Source of the DNA: an uncultured Chloroflexia bacterium
GTDB taxonomy: Bacteria; Chloroflexota; Limnocylindria; Limnocylindrales; CSP1-4
Assembly (NCBI GenBank): GCA_963828165.1
Contig: CAWHDR010000001.1
Location: forward strand, 2,656,001-2,720,000
Direction: 5' to 3'
DNA length: 64,000 nucleotides
Made by a program: the position numbers and the translations under genes. Shown here one piece after another: positions 53,417-63,813 of this stretch (the stretch's first letter is position 1; every line of letters begins with the position of its first letter). Under the pieces are notes generated by a model. That model saw only the letters and a program-made list of their open reading frames with translations, had not been told where the DNA came from and ran no database searches.

Positions 53417-54925
53417 ATAAATCACCGACCGCTCCGCAGGGCGATCGCGTTGTCGCTGGGGGCCCTGCTGACCCTCGCCGGCACAGCATCGGCCGATCGC
53501 CTGTTCGCCGACGGCGATGTCCTGACCCCGACGATCGAAGGCACCAGGCACCTGGGCGACGTCGCTCCGGGCGCCGAGGTGTCCGTGGACATCGGCTTCG
53601 TCCTGACCTGTGTCGGCATCGCTCATGTCGATGACGGCCAGAGCGTGGTCCTGAGCGCGAACGGCGGGACCCAGCCCGGTGACGGCCTGATCGTCTCGGC
53701 CTCGACGGCCGTTCTCGATCCCGCACCCAGCGAATGGGCGGATGATGGAGGGGGTTGTCCCGATCCCGTGCCGTCGCTGCCTGGCGGGGCCTTCAGCCAC
53801 GTCACGCTCCGAGCGCCCACGGCGCCTGGGAACGGATATACGTTCACGGTCGCGTGGGCCCGTTCCTTCCAGCCGAGCGGCAATGGCGATAGCACCGCCC
53901 TCGGCCCGTCGATGACCTCGATCAACCTGACGATGAACGTCGTCGGCAACATCGCCCCTCGGCTGATCCTTCCCGCGAGCTTCAGCGTCGAGGGCGACAC
54001 GGCAAACGGCTGGACCGCCGATTGGCCCGATGTCCTGGCGACCGATTCCGAGGACGCCCCCGACCCCATCCCGACCTGCGCGCCCGCGGCCGGGAGCACG
54101 CTGCCCCTCGGGACGACGGCCGTGTCCTGTTCCGTCACGGATAGCGGAGGGCTCACCGCGACGGGTGGCTTCAACGTCACCGTGGTCGACACGACCGACC
54201 CCGCGCTCGCGGGCGTCCCGGCCGACTCCGAGGTCATCACCACGGACCCCACCGGCACGACACTCGCCTATGCCGCGCCGACGGCGACCGACGTCGTCGA
54301 CCCGTCACCCGACGTGACGTGCACGCCGGCGAGTGGTTCGCACGTCGGAATCGGCACGACGACCGTCACGTGCACTGCGACGGACGCGAGCGGGAACAGC
54401 GTCTCGGAGTCGTTCGACATGAGCGTGACGTTCCGGGCACCGCATAGCGCCAGCGCCACGTGGCAGGACCCCATCGACGTGTCGGAGAACACGTTCTCGA
54501 CGAACCACGGACGAACGCTGCCGATCAAGGTGCGGCTATTCGTGGACGGCGTGGAGGTGAAGGCAGGCTCCGCGTCGCTCACCGTCACGCCGTGCAGTGG
54601 CGGAACGGGTCTCGGCCTCCCGCTGACCACCGGCGGAGGCCGCTGGAACGCGTCGCTCGACACGTCGCGGCTGGTCGGTTCCTGCCACACGGTCACGGCT
54701 TGGGTGCAGGGTCTCGGGGCCGGAGGCTTCCGGCTCGAGTTGCGCGGCGCCGAGCCGGCCAAGGCCAACAAGGCGCCGGCGACGCCGACGAGCAGCACGA
54801 CGCGGGCGTCCTCGAGCGACACCAAGCCCGGCAAGGCCACCGAAGCGAAGACCGCGAAGCCCGACACGGCGAAGGTCGACGAGACCAGGGACCAGAAGGC
54901 GGACAAGGCCGGCGGAAAGAAGTGA
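53417..54925 (+). CDS. secreted HYR-domain protein with a Lys-rich tail (probable ATA start)
   Basis: Two HYR repeats (ATD...C.PA.GS...GTT.V.C...D..G); the signal peptide is complete only from ATA 53417. Confidence 0.82.
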   Translation: MNHRPLRRAIALSLGALLTLAGTASADRLFADGDVLTPTIEGTRHLGDVAPGAEVSVDIGFVLTCVGIAHVDDGQSVVLSANGGTQPGDGLIVSASTAVLDPAPSEWADDGGGCPDPVPSLPGGAFSHVTLRAPTAPGNGYTFTVAWARSFQPSGNGDSTALGPSMTSINLTMNVVGNIAPRLILPASFSVEGDTANGWTADWPDVLATDSEDAPDPIPTCAPAAGSTLPLGTTAVSCSVTDSGGLTATGGFNVTVVDTTDPALAGVPADSEVITTDPTGTTLAYAAPTATDVVDPSPDVTCTPASGSHVGIGTTTVTCTATDASGNSVSESFDMSVTFRAPHSASATWQDPIDVSENTFSTNHGRTLPIKVRLFVDGVEVKAGSASLTVTPCSGGTGLGLPLTTGGGRWNASLDTSRLVGSCHTVTAWVQGLGAGGFRLELRGAEPAKANKAPATPTSSTTRASSSDTKPGKATEAKTAKPDTAKVDETRDQKADKAGGKK

Positions 54926-54961
54926 CCGCGCCCCCTCGCTACTTGTCCTAGCATCGGGGGC

Positions 54962-56815
54962 GTGACCCCCGAGCTCGAAGCCACCCTCAAGCGCCTTCCG
55001 GACCGCCCCGGTGTCTACCTCATGCGGGACGCCCGGGGCGACGTCCTGTATGTCGGCAAGGCCCAGAGCCTGCGCAGCCGCGTGCGGAGCTACTGGCAGA
55101 AGCAGGCGCCCGGCGGCGAGATCCACCGCATCCGCAGCGTCATCGACCGGGTGGCGGACGTCGAGGTCACCGAGGTCGACAGCGTGTCCGAGGCGCTGCT
55201 CCTCGAGGCGAACCTCATCAAGCGGTTCAAGCCGCGTTTCAACGTACGGCTCAAGGATGACAAGAGCTACCCGTACATCAAGGTCACGCTGGGCGACGAC
55301 TTCCCGCGCGTCGAGCGGACCCGCAAGCTCGTGAACGACGGCAGCCGCTACTTCGGTCCCTACGCCTCGGCGTCGAGCGTCGACGAATCGATGACGCTCG
55401 TGCGGCGGCTCTTCCCGTTCCGGACGTGCACGATCGACATCAAGGACGGCGAGCGGGCCCTCCAGCGGCCCTGCCTGCTGTACCACATCAAGCGCTGCCA
55501 GGGACCGTGCATCGAGGCGATCTCCAAGGACGATTACCGCGCCGACATCGAGCAGGTCGAGCTCTTCCTCGAAGGCCGCCAGGAGACACTGGTCAAGGCG
55601 CTCCAGACCGAGATGGCGGTCGCGTCCCAGAAGCAGGACTACGAGCGCGCGGCCCAGCACCGCGACAAGATCCGGGCGATCGAACGCACGATGGAGAGCC
55701 AGAAGATGGCGGCGTTCGCGCGCACGGAGCTCGACATGGTCGGGATGGCGCGCCAGGACAACCAGGCGGCGATGACCCTGTTCGTGATCCGCGACGGGAA
55801 GATGATCGGACGGGACGTGTACCTGCTCGACGCGGTCCGTGAGGCGTCCGACGACGAGGTCCTCGCGAGCTTCCTCGAGCAGTACTACGCCCGGGCCACC
55901 TCGATCCCGCGCGAGGTCTACGTGCCGGCCGGGGTAGGGGAGGGCATGGCCGACCTCGAGCACTTCCTCGCCGAGAAGCGTGGCGGTCCGGTCTACCTGC
56001 GCGTTCCCCGACGCGGCGAGAAGCGGGCGCTCATGGGTCTGGCCGCGCGGAACGCGGCGGACACGCTGGCCCGCGAGCACGCCCGCTGGCTGGCCGACCA
56101 CGGCAAGACGCTCGCCGCCCTGGAGCAGCTCGCCGATGCCCTGGGTCTGCCCGGTCCGCCCCTGCGCATCGAGTGCTACGACATCTCGAACTTCCAGGGC
56201 GCGGAGTCCGTCGGGAGCATGGTCGTGTTCGAGGACGGCAAACCGCGCAGCGGCGAGTACCGCCGCTTCCGGATCAAGACCGTGCAGGGTCCGAACGACT
56301 TCGCCAGCCACCAGGAGGTCCTGCGCCGCCGTTTCCGGGTCACGCGATCCGGCGAGGAAGGCAGCGAGGAGGAGCGCCGCTGGGCGATGCCCGACCTCGT
56401 GATCGTTGACGGTGGCAAGGGCCAGGTCAGCGCCGCCAAGGCCGTCCTGGACGAGGTGGGCCTTCACGACCTGCCGCTCGCCGGGCTCGCCAAGGAGCGC
56501 GAGGAGCTGTTCCTGCCCGACCGCGCAGACCCGATCGTGCTGCCGTCGACGTCGTCGGCGCTCTACCTCGTCCAGCGCCTCCGTGACGAGGCGCACCGGT
56601 TCGCCATCACCTATCACCGCACCTTGCGCGACCGACGCACGGTCCGCTCGGCGTTCGACGACCTGCCGGGGGTCGGACCGAAGCGCAAGCGCGAGCTCCT
56701 GAAGGTGTTCGGCTCGATCAAGCGGGTGCGCGACGCGCCCGTCGAACAGATCGCGTCGGTGCCGGGCATCAGTCGCGCGCTGGCCGAGCGCATCAAGGCG
56801 ACCCTGGAGGCATAG
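54962..56815 (+). CDS. uvrC: excinuclease ABC subunit C
   Basis: PGVYLM...YVGKA, KDDKSYPY, RIECYDIS, DGGKGQ, RDEAHRFA, HhH. Confidence 0.98.
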   Translation: MTPELEATLKRLPDRPGVYLMRDARGDVLYVGKAQSLRSRVRSYWQKQAPGGEIHRIRSVIDRVADVEVTEVDSVSEALLLEANLIKRFKPRFNVRLKDDKSYPYIKVTLGDDFPRVERTRKLVNDGSRYFGPYASASSVDESMTLVRRLFPFRTCTIDIKDGERALQRPCLLYHIKRCQGPCIEAISKDDYRADIEQVELFLEGRQETLVKALQTEMAVASQKQDYERAAQHRDKIRAIERTMESQKMAAFARTELDMVGMARQDNQAAMTLFVIRDGKMIGRDVYLLDAVREASDDEVLASFLEQYYARATSIPREVYVPAGVGEGMADLEHFLAEKRGGPVYLRVPRRGEKRALMGLAARNAADTLAREHARWLADHGKTLAALEQLADALGLPGPPLRIECYDISNFQGAESVGSMVVFEDGKPRSGEYRRFRIKTVQGPNDFASHQEVLRRRFRVTRSGEEGSEEERRWAMPDLVIVDGGKGQVSAAKAVLDEVGLHDLPLAGLAKEREELFLPDRADPIVLPSTSSALYLVQRLRDEAHRFAITYHRTLRDRRTVRSAFDDLPGVGPKRKRELLKVFGSIKRVRDAPVEQIASVPGISRALAERIKATLEA

Positions 56816-56865
56816 CCGACCGTCCTCAGGCGTTCGGGGGGCGCAGCGTGTACCATCCCGCCGGT

Positions 56866-58236
56866 ATGCGAAGAGCCGGCCCCTTCATCATCATCGTCAT
56901 CGGCGCGCTCGCCCTGCTGATCAACTTCTTCCCGAACCTCCGTCTGCCCGGTTCGACGGCGACGGACGGCCAATGGCGGTTGGTCGAAACGAAGCTCGGG
57001 CTCGATCTCGAGGGCGGCCTGCGGGTCGAGTACCAGGCGCTCCCCAAGGATGGCGTCACGCCGACCGCCGAGAGCATGAGCGTCATCAAGGACATCATGG
57101 AGCGCCGCGTGAACACGACCGGCGTGTCGGAGCCCGTCGTCGTCGTGCAGGGCTCGGACCGCGTCGTCATCGAGCTGCCGGGCGTCTCGGACGTCGATGC
57201 GGTTCGCCGGCTGGTCGGTCAGACCGGGGAGCTCGACTTCGTCCCACTGGGCCAGACCCAGGTGACGGACGGCCAGGTGCTGGACCGGGAGGAATATCCC
57301 CCGTTGTTCAGCGGCGACCAGATCTCGTCCGCCGCGATCGGTACCGACAACAACGGCGGTCTCGCGGTGAACTTCCAGCTCAAGGACGAGGGGCCACAAT
57401 CGGGGGCGCAGCTGTTCGCGAAGTTCACCACGGAGCATGTCGGGGAGTACTTCGCTGTCACGCTCGACGGAGCCGTCATCACGGCCCCGGTGATCGAGAA
57501 CGCCATCCCGAATGGGCAGGTCCAGATCAGCGCCGGGGGGATCGGCGGGTTCCCGCCCGCCGAGGCGAACGAGCTCGTCACGGTCCTGAAGTTCGGCTCA
57601 CTGCCGTTCAAGGTCCAGGAGCTGTCGAGCGAGGAGATCTCTGCCAGCCTCGGCGAGCAGTTCCTCAACCAGAGCCTCCTTGCGGGATTCCTCGGGATCT
57701 CGCTGGTCATCCTGTTCATGCTGCTCTACTACCGGCTGCCCGGGCTGGTGGCCGCGTTCGCCCTGATCTACTACACGATCGTCGTGTACGCGATCTTCCG
57801 GCTCGTACCCGTGACACTCACCCTGGCCGGCATCGCGGGCTTCGTGCTCTCGGTGGGCATGGCGGTCGATGCCAACATCCTGATCTTCGAGCGGATGAAG
57901 GAAGAGCTGCGCATCGGCAAGTCCTTGCCGGCGGCGGTCGAGGCGGGCTTCAACCGGGCCTGGAATTCCATCCTCGACTCGAACGTGTCGAGCTTGATCA
58001 CCGCGACCATCCTGTACGCGTTCGGGTCGTCGGTCATCCGCGGGTTCGCGCTGGTGCTGATCATCGGCGTGCTCGTCTCGATGTTCAGCGCGATCGTCGT
58101 GACCCGTTCGATCATGCGCGTCGCCGTCCGCCAGGAGTGGGCCCGCAAGGCCTCGCTGTTCGGGTTGCGCGAGGACGAGTTCGTCGCCGTGACGTCGGCC
58201 CGGCCCACGCGCCGCCCCGTGCGTGCCGATGTTTGA
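56866..58236 (+). CDS. secD: protein translocase subunit SecD
   Basis: KLGLDLEGG, RRVNTTGVSEP, GMAVDANILIFER, GFALVL. Confidence 0.96.
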   Translation: MRRAGPFIIIVIGALALLINFFPNLRLPGSTATDGQWRLVETKLGLDLEGGLRVEYQALPKDGVTPTAESMSVIKDIMERRVNTTGVSEPVVVVQGSDRVVIELPGVSDVDAVRRLVGQTGELDFVPLGQTQVTDGQVLDREEYPPLFSGDQISSAAIGTDNNGGLAVNFQLKDEGPQSGAQLFAKFTTEHVGEYFAVTLDGAVITAPVIENAIPNGQVQISAGGIGGFPPAEANELVTVLKFGSLPFKVQELSSEEISASLGEQFLNQSLLAGFLGISLVILFMLLYYRLPGLVAAFALIYYTIVVYAIFRLVPVTLTLAGIAGFVLSVGMAVDANILIFERMKEELRIGKSLPAAVEAGFNRAWNSILDSNVSSLITATILYAFGSSVIRGFALVLIIGVLVSMFSAIVVTRSIMRVAVRQEWARKASLFGLREDEFVAVTSARPTRRPVRADV

Positions 58237-59458
58237 CGTCATCGGCAAGCGCCGCTGGTTCTACGCCCTCTCGGCCCTCCTCACGATCCCCGGTCTGATC
58301 TTCATCCTCATCTCGCCGTTCTCGGACGCAGGGCTGCAGCTGACCATCGACTTCACGGGTGGCACGCGCTGGGAGATCAAGTTCGAAGATCCGACGGTGA
58401 CGCCGGAGCAGGTCGAAGCCGTGTTCGCCGAGAACGACCTCGATGCCACCGCGGTCAGGACGGGGACCGGGTTCATCGAGATCAAGACCGAGCCGATCGG
58501 GTTGCAGGTCGAGCCGGCGGCCACGCCGTCGGCGTCACCATCGGGTTCCGCCGATCCGAGCAGCTCGCCCGGACCGTCGGCCAGTCCGTCGCCGCCCCCC
58601 TCCGCATCCCCGAGCGCCTCTCCCGCTGCATCCGGCTCGCCCCTGGGGTCGGCCTCCGCGTCGGCCTCGGCCGTCCCGTCCACCTCACCGACGCCCGCTC
58701 CGTCCGCGGCGGCCTCGGCATCGCCGGGCGCCTCCGCATCCCCGTCCGCCTCGCCGGGTGCAGGCCCGGTGGGCAACACCCGGTTGCCGACCGATGGCAA
58801 GCTCGGGGAGATGGTGATCGCGCTCGAGCGTGACCTCGGAAAGATCGAATCGCAGGCGAGCCTGACGACGATCGGCGCGGTCGTCAGTTCCGACCTGCTG
58901 CGCCAGGCGCTCATCCTGATCGTCGTCGGCTCGCTGGCGATCGTCGGCTGGATCACGTACCGCTTCCGGGACGCCAAGTTCGGTGTCACGGCGCTGGTGT
59001 CGCTGGCGCATGACGTCATCGTGGTCGTCGGCGCGTTCGCGATCCTCGGCACGTTCCTTAACGTGGAGATCGACGCCCTGTTCGTGACCGCGATGCTCAC
59101 GGTCATCGGGTTCTCGGTCCACGACACGATCGTGGTGTTCGACCGCGTCCGGGAGAACAAGGCACGCCACCTCGGCGAGCCGTTCGACGAGATCGTGAAC
59201 CACTCGATCCTGCAGACGTTCGGGCGCTCGATCACGACCAGCCTGACCGTCGTCATCACGCTGCTGGCCCTCTTCCTCTTCGGCGGGTCGGCTATCAGCG
59301 ACTTCGTCCTTGCTCTGCTGATCGGGATCGTCATCGGCACGTACTCGTCGATCTTCGTGGCGAGCCCCCTGCTGGTGGACTGGCAGGCCTGGGATGACCG
59401 CCGGCACGGCCGGCTGGCCGCGACGCGAGCCCCGCGGCCTCGCCGCGTCGCGTCCTGA
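58223..59458 (+). CDS. secF: protein translocase subunit SecF with a Ser/Pro/Ala insertion
   Basis: IDFTGG, HDV, IGFSVHDTIVVFDRVRE, GTYSSIFVA. Confidence 0.95.
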   Translation: MPMFDVIGKRRWFYALSALLTIPGLIFILISPFSDAGLQLTIDFTGGTRWEIKFEDPTVTPEQVEAVFAENDLDATAVRTGTGFIEIKTEPIGLQVEPAATPSASPSGSADPSSSPGPSASPSPPPSASPSASPAASGSPLGSASASASAVPSTSPTPAPSAAASASPGASASPSASPGAGPVGNTRLPTDGKLGEMVIALERDLGKIESQASLTTIGAVVSSDLLRQALILIVVGSLAIVGWITYRFRDAKFGVTALVSLAHDVIVVVGAFAILGTFLNVEIDALFVTAMLTVIGFSVHDTIVVFDRVRENKARHLGEPFDEIVNHSILQTFGRSITTSLTVVITLLALFLFGGSAISDFVLALLIGIVIGTYSSIFVASPLLVDWQAWDDRRHGRLAATRAPRPRRVAS

Positions 59459-59497
59459 TCGCGATCAAGCATCACCTCGTGATCGATAGAGGCGCGG

Positions 59498-61285
59498 GTG
59501 AGCGCCGCGTGGCATCCTGAGGACGTGCTGGAACCCCGCTTCCGCTGGAGCTTCCCCGAGACACGGCTGATGGCCCGGGATCTCGCCGACGCGGCGCTCG
59601 GACGCGGTATCGGGGAGCGGATGACGGGCCTGCTCGCGCGGCGAGGGGTGACGGACGCGGCGGGCCTGGATGCCTGGTTCGCCGATCCCATGGACGGCTT
59701 GCACGACCCACGTCTCCTGCCCGATGCCGATCGGTTGCTCGCTCGCCTGGCCATGGCACGCGAGCGATCGGAGCGGGTCATGGTCTTCGGTGATTTCGAC
59801 GCCGACGGTCTCGATGGCCTCGCGATCCTCGTCCTGGCGCTCCGGCGCTACGGCCTGACCGTGGATCCGTACGTCCCGAGCCGGCTGGACGAGGGGCACG
59901 GCCTCTCGATGGCCGCGGTCGACGCGGCGCAGCGGAACGGCGTCAGCGTCATCGTCACCGTCGACACCGGGTCCAGCTCCGCGGTCGAGATCTCCATCGC
60001 GGACGAGCGCGGGATCGACGTGATCGTCACCGACCACCATCGGTTGCCACCGACCCTGCCGCCGGCCGTCGCGGTCGTCAATCCGCATCGCGCCGACTCG
60101 CGCTACCCGGACGTGCGCCTGGCCGGGAGCGGCGTCGCCTTCAAGGTCGCGCAGCTGGTCCTGGCCGACGAACCGGGCGGCCCCGCGGCCGCGCTCGCGC
60201 TGGCGGACCTGGCGACCATCGGAACGGTCGCCGACGTGGCACCGATCGTCGGGGAAAACCGATCGATCGCGCGACTGGGGCTGGAGCGGATGCGCCACGC
60301 GCCCCGACCCGGGATCGCCGCGCTCCTGGAACGGGCCCGGATCGCGCCGGCGGACATGGACCTGGACACGATCGCCTTCGCGCTGGCGCCGCGCCTGAAC
60401 GCGGCCGGACGCGTGGGCGAGGCGCTGGAGGCGGCTCGGCTCCTGCTCGCCGAGGATCCCGCCGAAGCGGCGACCCACGCGGACGCGCTCGAAGTCGCCA
60501 ATCGCACGCGCCGCGACCTCATGGGCACGGCGGTGGAGGAGGCGCGCGCCCTCGTCGCCGCCGACCCGGACCGGCCCGCGGCGATCGTCCATGGTCCGTG
60601 GCCGGTGGGCATCGTCGGTCTCGTCGCGGCGCGACTGGCCGAGGACGGGTCCCGGCCCGCGATCGTGGGAGCGGAGCTCGGGGACACGATCCGCGCCTCA
60701 TGCCGCAGCGACGGAACGGTGGACCTCGGGGCGGCCCTGGAGTCCTGCGCCGAGCTGTTCACCCGGTACGGCGGTCATGCCGGGGCGGCCGGGTTCGAGC
60801 TGCCCGCCGAGCGTTGGCCCGCGTTCGTGGAGCGCTTCGAGGCGATCGCCCTTCGCTCGGTGCCATCGGATCCGCGGGCCGTCCTCGCCATCGACCTCGC
60901 ATTGCCGGCGCTGGGGGTCGATTACGCCCTCTACCGCGAGCTGGCCGCGCTGGCGCCATACGGACCGGGTAACCCGCAACCGCTCGTCGCGGTCCTCGGA
61001 TTGACGGTGCTCCGGGTTCGCCAGGCCGGGACGGACCACACGTCGATGACCCTGCGCCGCGATCGGGACGTCCTGGACGCGATCGCATTCGGACGGGTCG
61101 ACATCGCTGCACTCGTCCACGAGGGCGACGTGATCGACGTCGTCGCGCGGCTGGCCAGTCGAACCTTCGGCGGGTTCGAGTCGCTCCAGCTGGAGATTCG
61201 CGACGCCGCGCCCAGCGGGGCCCACGCAGAGGCAGCCATCGTGTTGGCCGGCGCGGTGCCTGGACTCGTGGGGGCGGCGTCATGA
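59498..61285 (+). CDS. recJ: single-stranded DNA exonuclease RecJ
   Basis: GDFDADG, TVDTG, TDHH, GTVADV, PRLNAAGR, GGHAGAAG, PYGPGNP. Confidence 0.95.
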   Translation: MSAAWHPEDVLEPRFRWSFPETRLMARDLADAALGRGIGERMTGLLARRGVTDAAGLDAWFADPMDGLHDPRLLPDADRLLARLAMARERSERVMVFGDFDADGLDGLAILVLALRRYGLTVDPYVPSRLDEGHGLSMAAVDAAQRNGVSVIVTVDTGSSSAVEISIADERGIDVIVTDHHRLPPTLPPAVAVVNPHRADSRYPDVRLAGSGVAFKVAQLVLADEPGGPAAALALADLATIGTVADVAPIVGENRSIARLGLERMRHAPRPGIAALLERARIAPADMDLDTIAFALAPRLNAAGRVGEALEAARLLLAEDPAEAATHADALEVANRTRRDLMGTAVEEARALVAADPDRPAAIVHGPWPVGIVGLVAARLAEDGSRPAIVGAELGDTIRASCRSDGTVDLGAALESCAELFTRYGGHAGAAGFELPAERWPAFVERFEAIALRSVPSDPRAVLAIDLALPALGVDYALYRELAALAPYGPGNPQPLVAVLGLTVLRVRQAGTDHTSMTLRRDRDVLDAIAFGRVDIAALVHEGDVIDVVARLASRTFGGFESLQLEIRDAAPSGAHAEAAIVLAGAVPGLVGAAS

Positions 61286-62521
61286 CGCGGGCGGTTCGGT
61301 CGCGACCGCCGCGTGCCGGCGATCCGTACGGCATCGGGCCGATCGGCACGGTCGCCGCACCGTTGCTCTCGATCGTGGGCCTCCTGCTCATCGGGATCGT
61401 GACGCTGAACCTGCTCAACGGCGACGTGCCGTTCGGGATCGGCGGCTCCAGCGAGAACGGGGGCAGCGGCGTCGGTCCGGACCGGACGGCCGCCCCGTCG
61501 AACGTCGTCGTGGTCCCCGAGGAAGCCACGTTCGAGGGCGCGATCGCCTACGCCAAGAGCGGCAACATCTGGGTCCAGACCAACGACGACGTCAAGCAGG
61601 TGACCTCGAGCGGTGGCGACTCGATGCCGTCGTGGTCCGCGGACGGACAGTGGATCATCTATATCCGATCGACGCGCGAGCGCGGGCTCTGGCCGGTCAA
61701 GGGCCACAACGGCCGCTACGACATCGACGTGCCGGATCTCATGCGCGTTCGGTCGGACGGCAGCGCCGAACCCGAACGACTGGCGACCGGCTTCGTCAAG
61801 GAGGGGCGGCTCGAATGGTCGGCCTGGATGCGCCAGCCCGTCCTGTCGCCCGACGGGAAGACCATCGCGCTCATCACCGACGCCCCGAACCCGGGCGAGG
61901 ACCAGGTCGTGCTGAAGTTCTTCAACGTGGAGACGAAGAAGCTCCGGGCGGCCGGCGTCCGGGCAAGCGGCGTGCTCGGGCATCAGGATCCCGAGTGGCG
62001 CCCGGATGGACGGCATCTGCTGTACGTGCAGAACGGCCGTGACGGTGCCCGCGGAGCACCCAAGATCATGCGCTACGACACCAGGACCAAGAAGGCGGGC
62101 ACGCTCAGCGCGGCGGGCTACATGCAGCCTTCGTACTCCCCGGATCTTCGGTACGTGGCCGCCACCCGGACGACGGTGTTGGGCACCGACGTCGTGATCC
62201 TCGACGCGCGGACCGGGCGCGAGCTGCTTCGAGTGACCGACGATGGCGGCTCGTTCGCGCCGAGCTGGTCGCCGGCCGGCAATGGCATCGCCTTCCTCCA
62301 CATCGTCGGGCAGACGGTGGACCTCCGGCTCGCGGTGCTCGAGGGCGCGGCCCCGGCGTGGACCGTGAAGGAGACCGTCAACCTGACCGAGGTGTCGGGC
62401 CTCGACGCCGCCTCGCGGCCCGACTGGTTCATCCCGCCCGAGCTCCTGCCCGCGACGCCGGCGCCGACCGTGACGCCGAGCGCATCCGCGGCCCCGGTCG
62501 GCGAGCAGCCCCGCCCCGTGA
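61282..62521 (+). CDS. membrane-anchored TolB-like (PD40) beta-propeller protein
   Basis: N-terminal TM; PSWSADG, LSPDG, WRPDG, YSPD, WSPAG repeats; removing one base near 62496 gives ...APSASSPAP-TGA at 62521. Confidence 0.8.
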
Positions 62522-63432
62522 TCGCGGGCGGACGAGCGGGGAAGCCCGGGGTCGCCGAGGTCGGCGCCGCGAGCACGTATCTCGAGCGCCTCGGGGCACG
62601 TTCGCGCAAGACCGGCACCGTCCTGTGCCTCGGCCTGGACCCCGACCCGGAGACCTTGCCCGCTGGATTCGGCCGCGATCTGGCCGGCCTCGAACGCTTC
62701 GCGGCACTGCTGCTGGAGGCCGCCGTCCCGTATGCCGCGGCCGTCAAGCCAAACCTGGCGTTCTTCGAGGCCTTCGGCTCGGCCGGCCTGGCAGCCCTGG
62801 AACGGCTGCGCGCGAGCCTGCCGGCGGACCTGCCCGTGGTCGCCGACGCCAAGCGCGGCGATATCGGGTCGACCGCCGCGCGCCAGGCCACCGCCCTGTT
62901 CGACCAGCTGGGGGCCGATGCCGTGACCGTCAACCCGTATCTCGGCGCCGAGGCCGTGTCACCGCTGCTCGAGCGCATCGACCGGTTCGCGTACGTGCTG
63001 TGCCGGACTTCCAACCCCGGGGCGGGCGAGCTCCAGGACCTCGACGTCGCGGCCGACCCGGCCACCGACAGCCCGAGGGAGCGGCTCCACGAGCGCGTCG
63101 CCCGTCTGGCCACCAACTGGGGTCCCGGTGGCACGGTCGGCCTCGTCGTCGGTGCCACGGCGCCGGACGAGCTCGTGCGGATCCGTGCCCTCGCACCCGG
63201 CCTGGCATTCCTCGTGCCCGGGGTCGGCGCCCAGGGGGGTGCGGTCGAACCCGTCCTGGAACATGGGCCGGCAACCGTCGGCCGAGCTGGGGGTCAGCCG
63301 GGCCGCGGGCTGCTCGTCAACGTGTCGCGGGGCATCGCCGGGGCCGCATCGGCGAGCGGGAAAGGGGACCCATTCGAGCGTGTTCGGGCTGCCTCCGCTG
63401 AGTGGGCTGCCCGCCTCCCTGTGCTACCCTAG
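62518..63432 (+). CDS. pyrF: orotidine-5'-phosphate decarboxylase
   Basis: LCLGLDP, KPNLAFFE, DAKRGDIGST, TVNPYLG, RTSNP, LVPGVGAQGG, NVSR; start uncertain. Confidence 0.94.
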   Translation: MIAGGRAGKPGVAEVGAASTYLERLGARSRKTGTVLCLGLDPDPETLPAGFGRDLAGLERFAALLLEAAVPYAAAVKPNLAFFEAFGSAGLAALERLRASLPADLPVVADAKRGDIGSTAARQATALFDQLGADAVTVNPYLGAEAVSPLLERIDRFAYVLCRTSNPGAGELQDLDVAADPATDSPRERLHERVARLATNWGPGGTVGLVVGATAPDELVRIRALAPGLAFLVPGVGAQGGAVEPVLEHGPATVGRAGGQPGRGLLVNVSRGIAGAASASGKGDPFERVRAASAEWAARLPVLP

Positions 63433-63465
63433 CCGCCGCAGCCGACCTATCTGAGGACCATCGCC

Positions 63466-63792
63466 ATGCTGCCGACACCCGGACCTCTCGAGCTCGTCAT
63501 CATCCTCGTCATCGCCCTGCTGATCCTCGGCCCGGGCAGGCTTCCCGACGTCGGATCGGCCCTGGGCAAGAGCATCCGCGAGTTCCGCAAGGCCTCCACC
63601 GACCTCGGCGACTCCATGAAGGTCGACACGTCGCCCCTGCCGCCCGAGACGCCAGACACGCCGACGGCACCGACGGCATCGGCACCTGCCGTGGCCCCGC
63701 AGGGAGCGGACCTGCCCGGCGCCCCGGCGGCTCCGACCTCCCCGTCGACCGGAGCTTCGCGCCCCAGCGAGCCGACGCCCGGCACCAACTAG
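63466..63792 (+). CDS. tatA: twin-arginine translocase TatA/TatE
   Basis: ELVIILVIALLILGPGRLPDVGSALGKSIREFRKA. Confidence 0.93.
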   Translation: MLPTPGPLELVIILVIALLILGPGRLPDVGSALGKSIREFRKASTDLGDSMKVDTSPLPPETPDTPTAPTASAPAVAPQGADLPGAPAAPTSPSTGASRPSEPTPGTN

Positions 63793-63813
63793 GCGCGCGG
63801 TCCCTCGCCCTCG

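Noticed and set aside
61282-63432. Apparent TolB-like/PyrF fusion protein (716 aa)
   Set aside because: Deleting one base near 62496 restores a Ser/Pro tail ending in TGA that overlaps the pyrF GTG. An exported propeller fused to a cytoplasmic enzyme is implausible, and the window has other +1 errors.
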